A DNA stretch of 17,875 bases from Octopus sinensis. Its lineage: Eukaryota. The position numbers were made by a program, and so were the translations under genes. This document shows positions 8,661-17,875 of this stretch, in pieces (the stretch's first letter is position 1; each line of letters starts with the position of its first letter). The stretch lies in contig NW_021824552.1 in assembly GCF_006345805.1 (NCBI RefSeq), forward strand, positions 1 through 17,875. The letters run 5' to 3'. The notes beneath the pieces were generated by a model. The model had not been told where the DNA came from and did not search any database. It saw only the letters and a program-made list of their open reading frames with translations.

Positions 8661-8965
8661 TCTCTACATTTTTTTGTAGAGAATACATTCATCAGCGTTA
8701 TTTATCAGGATCAGGTGCCTTCGAATTGGATCGAATGGTAGATTGATTGACACCAAACTTGCGGCCCGCAGCAACAAACCTTCCACCGTCACACATTTTC
8801 TTAATTATTTCTACCTTTTCTTGTAGAAAATATATATCTGTGTCATCTGCTTAGATCAGGCGCCTTCATATTTGTTCCTGTTCACCGGTCCCATGTTGAA
8901 CGGTAGGAATAATTAAATCGATATCAAAGAATCCATCTAAGAAAATGCGCATCCTTGGAGCATAG

Positions 8966-9207
8966 TCTCTGCAGAATAGTCTTAATGGTAAAAATTTCAA
9001 TTCCTTGGATGACGTAAAAAGATACCTTGATGAATTCTTTGCCATGAAACCACCTCAATTCTGGGAAGAGGGTATTTTCAAGTTAAAGGAAAGATGGAGA
9101 CGCATTGTGTAACAAAATGGTTCATATTTGGTTGATTAAAAATGTAATGGCAAGTATTTATTGAACTTTTTCTTACCTTTAAAAATCGGCAAGAACTTTC
9201 CGGACAC
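8966..9207 (+). mobile_element. mariner-family transposon 3' fragment with right TIR
   Basis: 8966-9139 reads SLQNSLNGKNFNSLDDVKRYLDEFFAMKPPQFWEEGIFKLKERWRRIV*QNGSYLVD*, a typical mariner C-terminus with one premature stop. TIR-like AAAATCGGCAAGAACTTTCCGGACAC at ~9182-9207. Confidence 0.88.
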
Positions 9208-9319
9208 ACACACACACACACACACCACTGACACACACACACACACACACACACCACACACACACACACACACTGACACACACACACACACACACACACA
9301 ACACACACACATACACACA

Positions 9320-9365
<46 letters not shown>

Positions 9366-9412
9366 TATATATATATACATATATGCATATATATATATAT
9401 ATAATATACATA

Positions 9413-9579
9413 TATACGACAAGCTTCTTTCAGTTTCCGTCTACCAAATCCACTCACAAGGCATTGGTCGGCCCGAGGCTATAGTAGAAGACACTTCCCC
9501 AAGGTGCCACGCAGTGGGACTGAACCTGGAACCATGTGGTTGATAAGCAAGCTACTTACCACACAGCCACTCCTGCGCC
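9413..9579 (-). mobile_element. 5' half of a tRNA-derived CORE-like SINE
   Basis: Minus strand GGCGCAGGAGTGGCTGTGTGGTAAG (A box), GGTTCAGTCCC (B box), CORE-like CCTTGGGGAAGTGTCTT, then running into (TA)n/(TG)n. Confidence 0.85.
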
Positions 9580-9856
9580 TATGATGTCTCGCAATTCCAA
9601 ATAAAATGATTTGTAACGTTTTTGAATCCATTGGTCCGCAGTATCGGTCATGCTTGGAGAGCAGTGGTCGCCAGTTTGAACATTTTTTTAAATGCATTTA
9701 TCGATTTTGCGTTTAACCATTAATCACTGCCAATAAACAACATTTATTCTCATCTAAAGACTGGGAGCATTTTTTGACCATGTATTTGTAAATTTGAACC
9801 ATTAATCTTGTTTCTAAGTTAGTAAGCACTGAATTAATTGTCATTTTAAATGGGTA

Positions 9857-10433
9857 GGCGCATGGCTCAGTGGTTAGAGCGTCGAGCTTACAATCGTGAG
9901 GTTGTGATTTCCAAATCCCGGATCGGGCTGCGTTTTGTGTTCTTGAGCAAGACACTTTATTTCACGTTGCTCCAGTTCACTCAGCTGTAGAAATGAGCTG
10001 TGACGTCACAGGTGCCAAGCTGCATCGACCCCTTTGCCTTTCCCTTGGATAACATCAGTGGCGTGGAGAAGGGAGGCCGGTATGCAAAGGCGGCGAGCTG
10101 GCAGAATCGTTAGCATGCCGGGCGAAATGCGTAGCCGTATTTCATCTGCCGCTACGTTCTGAGTTCAAATTCCGCCGAGGTCGACTTTGCCTTTCATCCT
10201 TTCAGGGTCGATAAATTAAGTACCAGTTACGCACTGGGGTCGATGTAATCGACTTAATCCGTTTGTATGTCCTTGTTTGTCCCCTCTGTGTTTAGCCCCT
10301 TGTGGGTAGTAAAGAAATAGGTATGCATGGGCGACTTCTGGTCTTCCATAAACAACCTTGCCCGGTCTTGTGCCTGGGAGGGTAACTTTCTAGGTGCAAT
10401 CCCACGGTCAGTCATGACTGAAGGGGGTCTCAA
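9857..10433 (+). mobile_element. tRNA-derived CORE-like SINE (family A) with 10-bp TSD
   Basis: Head GGCGCATGGCTCAGTGGTTAGAGCG, CORE-like GTTCTTGAGCAAGACACTT. TSD TAAATGGGTA at 9847-9856 and 10434-10443. Confidence 0.88.
10087..10319 (+). mobile_element. Full-length SINE family B, tail type 2 (monomer of the tandem arrays), with 8-bp TSD
   Basis: GGCGGCGAGCTGGCAGAATCGTTAGC ... GAGTTCAAATTCC ... CCCCTTGTGGGTAGTAAAGAAATA. TSD GGTATGCA at 10079-10086 and 10320-10327. Confidence 0.92.
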
Positions 10434-10467
10434 TAAATGGGTACATTTTTGAGGACACCCTATAAAT

Positions 10468-10496
10468 ACGACGGACTATGTCCGAAACGTCTGGAA
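10468..10496 (+). ncRNA. 5'-truncated minimal hammerhead relic
   Basis: ACGA-C-GGAC-TAT-GTCC-GAAAC-GTC. The CTG of the core and the 5' strand of stem I are missing, immediately after the transposon TIR. Confidence 0.45.
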
Positions 10497-10569
10497 CAAT
10501 TATTCCTTCTTTGAAAGTCAACATATTATTAATTGTGACAATTGTCTGATTTTTTTCTTTGATTGCTTT

Positions 10570-10636
<67 letters not shown>

Positions 10637-10659
10637 TGTGTGTATTGCGTGCGTGCGAG

Positions 10660-10809
10660 TCTTCGTGTTTATACCCGCTTGACGACCAATGTTGATTTGT
10701 TTAAGTTCCCGCAACGTAGCGGTTCGGTAACCAGAAGAAAAGACCAAAAAAAAAAAAAAAAAGAGAGAGAAAAGGAAAATCAAACAAACAATAGAATAAG
10801 TGCCAAACT

Positions 10810-10843
<34 letters not shown>

Positions 10844-10948
10844 AATAATGACTAGGATCATTCATTAGAAAATACCGTTCAAGGCCGTCTCTGGGCATGG
10901 CCGGCAGTTCAATGACTGAAACAAGTCAAAAAAAAAAAAAAAAAAAAA
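10660..10948 (+). mobile_element. Diverged 3' half of SINE family C
   Basis: After (TG)n: CGCAACGTAGCGGTTCGG...AGACC, AATAGAATAAGTGCC, CAAGGCCGTCTCTGGGCATGGCCGGCAGTTCAATGACTGAAACAAGT, then poly-A. Internal A/AAT expansions. Confidence 0.72.
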
Positions 10949-11409
10949 GAATGGTGAACTGTGCCTCCACAGGTACATATATTTTACCCCAGTTCCTTTC
11001 CTGGAGACAGGAGCAACTGGTGAAGTTGATTAGTTGGGGTTTTATGTTTGTCCTTGTCCTCTTCTTTAACCCATTGCTGTTTGCCATGCTGTTAACTCTA
11101 CTGTGGCTATGTAATATTAATGTATTTGTTTTCGTCCAGTAGGATGTTTTCGCCATGGCTACACTGATCGGACTGACATTTGCTAATTTTTCCTTGTACA
11201 ACAAAATAATATTATTTCTCTGTTCTCTTTTTTTTCTTTCTTTTGTTTTTCTTTTCCTTTCTCTGTTCCATTCTCTTTGCTTTGCTCTTTCTATCCCTCA
11301 TTTCTTTCTGACTCTCTCTCTCTCTCTCCCCTATTTTAGTCGCTTTATCTTTTAATGCCTTGTTTTTGTTGTTGTTGTTTCTTTCACTTTCTGTTTTATT
11401 TCTACACAG

Positions 11410-11514
11410 ATTTCAAGCAGACGGTCGTAAGATCAAAATCAATATGTTATCAATAAATGATGGAATCGAATAATGCTTTAGACCGGAGTTCAAACGAAGG
11501 TAGTACAAACGAAG
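11410..11514 (+). other. Candidate exon, possibly containing a start codon
   Basis: Long pyrimidine tract ending TTTATTTCTACACAG (11409); donor GAAG|GTGTGT at 11515. All three frames from the acceptor hit stops, but ATG at 11457 gives MMESNNALDRSSNEGSTNE open to the donor. No homology recognised. Confidence 0.33.
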
Positions 11515-11921
11515 GTGTGTGTATGTGTGTGTGTTGTGTGGATGCGTAATTGTGTATGTGAGTGAGTGTGTGCGGGGTGTGGGTGGGGTAGATTTTGTGG
11601 CGACATTCCTGTTAATCAGTGTTCGAAATTCAATGGAAACTACGTATATATGCGTATAACATCCATACTTACTTATATACATATAAGTATACATATAATA
11701 TACATATATATATATGTGTATATATAGATACACACACACACACACACAACAAACTCACATGCACACACATGTATTTGACGGAGTGTCACAATTTCGTTCG
11801 TTGTCTTCTGTGTTAAATAGATATATATACAGACACACATACAAACATTAATATACACACATCTACTCATACACTTGTATATACACACACATACTCATAC
11901 ACATACACTCACACACTTACG

Positions 11922-11955
<34 letters not shown>

Positions 11956-12131
11956 AGAGAAATAACTCAGGCAGGCTAGTGATATGTATTTCAAGAAGAA
12001 ATCGTGGAAAGGGCACATTAGATACGATGCAAGGTGTATTCATGATTTACTAAAATCTCCTCTGCATGGAGAGAAGGTAGAACAATCGTTCGGTGGTAAC
12101 TAAGACCAACTCCAAATGAGAAGAAGTATCA

Positions 12132-12533
12132 ATCTCCAAAACGAAGAATTCTTCAAAACTGACATACCATTAAGGAGACAAGAGAACAGCAGTGGACACG
12201 TGTTTCTACCTCAACAAACCTTATCAGCACTTCAGTTGCTTTTTCCTTATCTCCAAGAGAATTCTTCAAAATTGAGATGTCATTGAGAAAAAGGGAGTCT
12301 GATTGTTTAGAGTCCGGAGACAAGAGGACAGAGTGAACATGTTTCTACCTCAGCAGGCCTCATCAGAGCTTCAGTTGCTTTACCTTATCTCCAGGAGAAT
12401 TCTTCAAAATTGAGATGTCATTGAGAAAAAGGGAGTCTGATTGTCTAGAGTCCGAAGACAAGAGGATAGAGTGAACATGTTTCTACCTCAGCAGGCCTCA
12501 TCAGAGTTTCAGTTGCTTTACCTTATCTCCAGA
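12132..12533 (-). repeat. Three tandem units (113 and 138 bp periods), each carrying a hammerhead motif
   Basis: GAATTCTTCAAAA at 12146, 12259 and 12397. Minus-strand motifs: AGTG-CTGATAA...GAAAC-ACGT-GTC-CACT (12231-12191) and CTGATGA-GGCCTGCTGAGGTA-GAAAC-AT-GTT-CACT (~12370-12332 and ~12508-12470). Confidence 0.75.
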
Positions 12534-12956
12534 AAAACGAAGCAGATATATACACAAAACGTAATAGAATATATTTATGGCCCAGTAATTTGCATAGATT
12601 AAACGAAAATGAGAGAAAAACAATAACTCAGAGTGGCAAGATGCATATATATGAATATGAACTACAAAGACAAACAAACGTATGTTCAGCGCTTCAAGGA
12701 ATACCAGATAAGCCACCCATAATTGGATACAACTCAACCAACAAAAACTCACTACTTGAATGGACCATAAACAAAACTTGACTTAAACAGGATTCAAATA
12801 ATCCTATCAGGTGGTGCTATTAAGTTAGACATGGCCCGGACCAATCATTGGTCGAAACATATCTAAGTTTATCTAAGTTTATCATATTTATATAGGTACA
12901 TGCGTGAGTATCATGAGTATCATACCATGATATTGTATGGATTGGGTTCCCCGTTG

Positions 12957-15900
12957 ACACAACCACCACCACTATCACCACCACCACCCTCACCACTACT
13001 ACCGCAACCATCCTCACTATCACTACCACCACCACTCTCACTACCAGCAACACTGCCACTGGCACTACCATCACCACCACTACCACTACCACCACCACCA
13101 CTATCACTAACACCATCACGACCACCACCATTCTCATCGCCCTCACGACGACGACAACCACGACCACCACGACCACCACCATCACCACCACCACCACCAC
13201 CACCACCATCGCCACCACCATCACCAGCACCATCACCACCATCGCCACCACCATCACACCCAGCACCATCAGCACCATCCACCACCACCCATCACCAGCC
13301 CACCCCACCCCACCACCACCACCATCACCATCACACCACCACCCCCCCACCACCACCAACCACCCCCATCACCACCACACCACCCCAACCATCACCACCA
13401 CCACCACCACCCCCCCATCACCACCAGCACCACCACCACCACCACAACATCACCATCACCACCACAACCACCACCATCACACCACCACCACATCACCACC
13501 AACACCACCCATCACCATCACCACCACCACACCCCCATCACCACACCATCACACCACCACCACCACCCACCACCACCAACCATCCACACCCACTACCACC
13601 CATCACCACCACACCACCATCCACCACATCACCACCACAACCACCACCATCACCACCACCATCACCACCACCACCCCACCACCTACCACCACCATCACCC
13701 CACCACCACCACCACTACCACCATCACCATAACCCTCACCACCACCACCCCACCACCCCACCACCACATAACCACTACCACCACCACTCACACCACACCA
13801 CCACACCACCCCCCACCCCCACCACCATCCACCATCACCATCACCACCCACCTTCCCCACCACCACCACCCCACCTCAACCCCACCACCACCACCACCCC
13901 CCACCGTCACCCCCACCCCCCCCCCCCCCCTCACCCCCCCCACCACCCCCACCCTCCCATCACCACCACCACCACCCCACCACCACCATCCACCCCCACC
14001 CCCACACCACCCTCACCACCCCCACCACCATCACCCACCACCACCCCTCCACCACCACCACCACCACCACCACCCCCCATCACCCTCCATCACCCACCAC
14101 CCACCCCCCACCATCCCCTCCACCACTACCACCACCCCCCACCTCCCCCCCCACCACCACCCCACCCCACCACCACCCACCACCACCCCCACATCCCCAT
14201 TCCACCACCACCCCCACCCACCATCCATCCACCACCCCCCCCCCATTCCCCCCCCCAACCACCCCCCCCACCACCACCCCACCACCCCATACCCACCCCA
14301 CCCTCCACCCCCACCCCCCACCAATCACCATCACCATCACCATCCCCACCCCCCCACCCCCCATCACCATCACCACCTACCACCCCCCCACCACCCCTCA
14401 CATCCCCCCCACACCCCCCCCCCCACCCCATCACCCCACCCCCCCCCACCCATCACCCCACCCCCCCACCACCACCACATCCCATCACCCCCCACCACCA
14501 CCACCATCAACCCACACCACCTACCCCCATCACCACCACCACACCCCCCACCCCCCATCACCACCATACCACCCCCATCCCCACAACCACCATCCCCCAC
14601 CACCCCACCATCCCCCCTCCCCCCACCACCCCCCCCATACACCACCCCACCACCATCACCACCACCATCACCACCACCACTACCACCACCCCTCCCCCCC
14701 CCCTACCACCCTCACCACCACCACCACATTCACATCACCCCACCACCCCACCATCACAACCACCATCACCCTCACCACACCATCACCCCACACCCACATC
14801 CCCATCCCCCCCCCCCACCATCCAACCACCCCCATCACCCCCCCCTCACCCCCACCACTACCCCACCCTCCCCCCACCACCATCACCCCCCCCCATCCCA
14901 CCTCACCCCCCCCATCCCCCCCCCCCACCATCACCCTCACCCCCCCACCACCTCCCCCCCCCCCCCATCACCACCACCATCCCCACCACCCCACCCACCA
15001 CCATCCCACACCACCACCATCACATCACCACCCCCCACCATCACCACCACCACCCCATCACCACCCACCCCCCCTACCACCACCATACCACCCCCACCAT
15101 CACCACCACCCCCCCCATCACCTCACCCCCACCACCACCCCCAACCCCCCCACCATCACCCCCCCCCCCATCACCCCACCACCCCTACCACCACCATCCC
15201 ACCCACCACCTCACCAATCCCCACCACCATCACCACCACCCCCCACCCCCCCATTGCCCCCCCTCACACCCCACTACCACCCCCATCACACACCCATCAC
15301 CACCACCTCACCACCACCACTCCCCCACCATCCCACCCCCCCCTCCCCCCCCCCCCCCACCATTCACATCCCCACCTACCCCCATCACCCCCACCACCAT
15401 CACCCCCCCCCCCCCCTCCCTCCCCACCCCCCCCCACCACCACCCCCCACCACCACCACCACCACCACACCACCCCCCCCCACCACCCCCCCCCCCCCCA
15501 CCCCCACCACATCCCACACCCCACCCCCCACCACCCCTCCACCCCCCCCACCACCACCCCCCCCATCACCACCCCCCCCCATCCCCCCACCCCCACCACC
15601 ATCACCATCACCCCCCACCCCCCCCACCATCACCACCACCACCCACCACCATCACCACCACCACCAACCACCCCCCCCCCCCCCCCCTCCCCACCCCACC
15701 CACTCCCCCACCCCCACCACCCACCACATCACCCCCACCACCCCCCTCCCCCCCCCCCACCATCACCCCCCCCCCCCCCCTCCCCCCCATCACCCCCCCC
15801 CATCCCCCCCCCCCCCCCCCATCCCATCCCCACCCCCCCCACCACCCCCCCCCACCATCCCCCCACCACCCCCCCCCCCTCACCCCCCCCCCACCCCCCC

Positions 15901-16401
15901 CCCCCCCCCCCTCCACCCCATCCCCCCCCCCCCTCACACCACCCCTACACCACCATCCCCACCCCCCCCCCCCCACTCCCCCTCCACCCCCCCCTCACCA
16001 CCCCCCCCCATCACCCATCACCACCCCCTCACCACCCCCCCACCACCATCACCCCCACCATCCCCACCACCCTCACCACCACCATCACCACCACCATCCC
16101 CCACCATCACCACCCCCACCACTACCCCCCCACCCTCACACACCACCATCACCATCACACCCACCACCACCACCATCACCATCACCACCACCACCATCAC
16201 CATCACCACCACACATCACCCCCAACCCCCATCACCACCACCACCACCACCACCTTCACCACCAGCACCACCATCACCACCACCACACCACCACCACCAC
16301 CACCCACCATCACCATCACCACCACTACCACCACCATCACCACCACCACCACCACCATCACCACCACCACCACCACCACCGCCGCCACCACTACCGCCAC
16401 C
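12957..16401. repeat. 3.4-kb degenerate (CCA/CAC/CAT)n low-complexity tract
   Basis: Directly visible. The triplet phase is clean at both ends; the middle is noisy and rich in C homopolymers. Confidence 0.96.
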
Positions 16402-16676
16402 AATATTTTGGATCCAGTGATCAATAACTGCTTCAATTCTCTCTCTCTATATATTTTGGATGAAAAACAAATCCTCTTTCGTTCAGTCCTCGCCATTGTG
16501 TTCTGCAATCACAATTTTTTAAAAAACCATTCCACGACTAAAACCAAAAACTCAATCCAATCCAATCCAATCCAACACATCCACCTGACAATATGGATTC
16601 TGCGACCAACAAGCTTGACAGCCATTAGACACGAGTCATTGCCTGTCCATTGATCTTTCATATACACATACACACA

Positions 16677-16744
<68 letters not shown>

Positions 16745-16799
16745 TCTCAAATCAAAGCCACTTGGTAGATGTTTGAGCATATAATTACTACCATTCTGT

Positions 16800-17022
16800 G
16801 GGTGTAATGAAGGATTGGTTGGAGAGCCGAGACTAAATGCTTGGCAGTGTTTCTTCTGGTTCTGTATGTTCTGGGTTCGAATTCCACCGAGGTCGTGTAT
16901 TTCGCTTTTTATCATTTCGGGGTCAATAACATAAGTACCAGTTGAAAACTTGGGGTTGATGCAATCCAATTGCTCTCTTGACCCCCGAAACTGCTGGCCT
17001 TGTGCTAAAATTTGAAATTATT
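16800..17022 (+). mobile_element. Old diverged SINE family B copy, tail type 1
   Basis: B box GGTTCGAATTCC, central TCATTTCGGGGTCAATAACATAAGTACCAG, tail GCTGGCCTTGTGCTAAAATTTGAAATTATT. Confidence 0.75.
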
Positions 17023-17038
17023 AGTATCTTTATTACAA

Positions 17039-17875
17039 AAGCGGCGAAATGCTTAGCGTTACGTTCTGAGTTCAAATTCTGCCGAGGTCGACTTTGCCTT
17101 TCATCCTTTCGGGGTCGATTAAATAAGTACCAGTTACGCACTGGGGCTGATGTAATCGACTTAATCCGTTTGTCTGTCCTTGTTTGTCCCCTCTTTGTTT
17201 AGCCCTGTGGGTGGGTAGTAAAGAAATAAGGTTTGTCTGCCGCTACGTTCTGATTTCGAATTCTGCCGAGGTCGACTTTGCCTTTCATCCTTTCGGTGTC
17301 AATTAAATAAGTACCAGTTACGCACTGGGGCTGATGTATCGACTTAATCCGTTGGTCTGTCCTTGTTTGTCCCCTCTTTGTTTAGCCCCTTGTGGGTAGT
17401 AAAAAAATAGGTATTTTGTCTGCCGCTACGTTCCTGAGTTCGAATTCCGCCGAGGTCGACTCTGCTCTTTCCTCCTCGGGGTCGATAAATAAGTACCAGT
17501 TACGCACTGGGGTCGATATAATCGACTTAATCCGTTTGTCTGTCTTGTTTGTCCTCTCTGTGTTAGCCCTTGTGAGTAATAAAGAGAATAGGTTTTCGTC
17601 TGCTGCTACGTTCTGAGTTCAAATTCTGCCGAGGTAGACTTTGCCTTTCATCCTTTCGGGGTCGATAAATTAAGTACCAGTTACGCACTGGGGTCGACAT
17701 AATCGACTTAATCCTTTTGTCTGTCCTTGTTTGTCCTCTCTGTGTTTAGCCCCTTGTGGGTAGTAAAGAAATAGATATTTCGTCTGTCCTTACGTTCTGA
17801 GTTCGAATTCCACCGAGGTCGTCGATTTTGCCTTTCATCATTTCGGGGTCAATAACATAAGTACCAGTTGAAAAC
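17039..17875 (+). repeat. Second tandem array of the SINE-derived unit (~4.5 units, runs off the window)
   Basis: Internally deleted head AAGCGGCGAAATGCTTAGC, then junctions at 17230, 17410, 17591 and 17774 (periods 180-183). Units are more diverged from each other than in array 1. Confidence 0.93.

Larger units (their letters stand above)
9590..10464 (+). mobile_element. Tc1/mariner-superfamily 3' fragment interrupted by SINEs
   Basis: ~9594-9692 reads IPNKMICNVFESIGPQYRSCLESSGRQFEHFFK (C....G..FEH terminal motif). Right TIR GGGTACATTTTTGAGGACACCCTATA at 10439-10464 resembles CAGGGTGT-type TIRs. Confidence 0.62.

Noticed and set aside
8640-8700. Minus-strand CTGATGA...hairpin...GAAAC as a hammerhead
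   Set aside because: No GTH triplet or stem I, and GAAACACC is better explained as the Tc1 TIR remnant.
9857-9930. tRNA gene
   Set aside because: The B box is degenerate, the sequence continues into a SINE body and it is bounded by a TSD; this is a SINE head.
10897-11204. 81-aa (+) and 92-aa (-) ORFs
   Set aside because: They start or end in a SINE tail or poly-A, and I recognise no protein motif.
12900-16427. 1175-aa Pro/His/Thr-rich ORF (and the 388-aa overlapping ORF) as an extensin- or mucin-like gene
   Set aside because: C/A-only sequence rarely forms stops. The translation drifts between poly-P, poly-H and poly-T phases, with no domain or signal peptide.

Overview
Repeat-dominated eukaryotic DNA; the SINE families and microsatellite load look like an octopus/cephalopod genome (inference from recalled repeat families). 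No intact protein-coding gene is present, and nearly all ORFs in the track are microsatellite artefacts. Contents: (1) 68-2380, an (ATT)n field holding five insertions: two 3' ends of an L1/Tx1-like LINE (+), an R4/Dong-like LINE 3' end (-), an unclassified ~535-bp non-coding insert and a tRNA-SINE. (2) Two head-to-tail arrays of a ~184-bp SINE-derived unit (3445-5115; 17039-17875) whose tail matches the 3' UTR end of the Tx1-like LINE. (3) Several type I hammerhead ribozyme (HHR) motifs of the Penelope/retrozyme kind: two with complete cores and long stem II (2710-2802 +; 7990-8068 -), a tandem triplet (12191-12508 -) and relics. (4) Three Tc1/mariner fragments, one carrying a SINE-in-SINE nest with readable TSDs. 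(5) A 68-bp minisatellite, a 3.4-kb (CCA)n tract and one possible exon. All structures were read by eye, without folding software or database searches.
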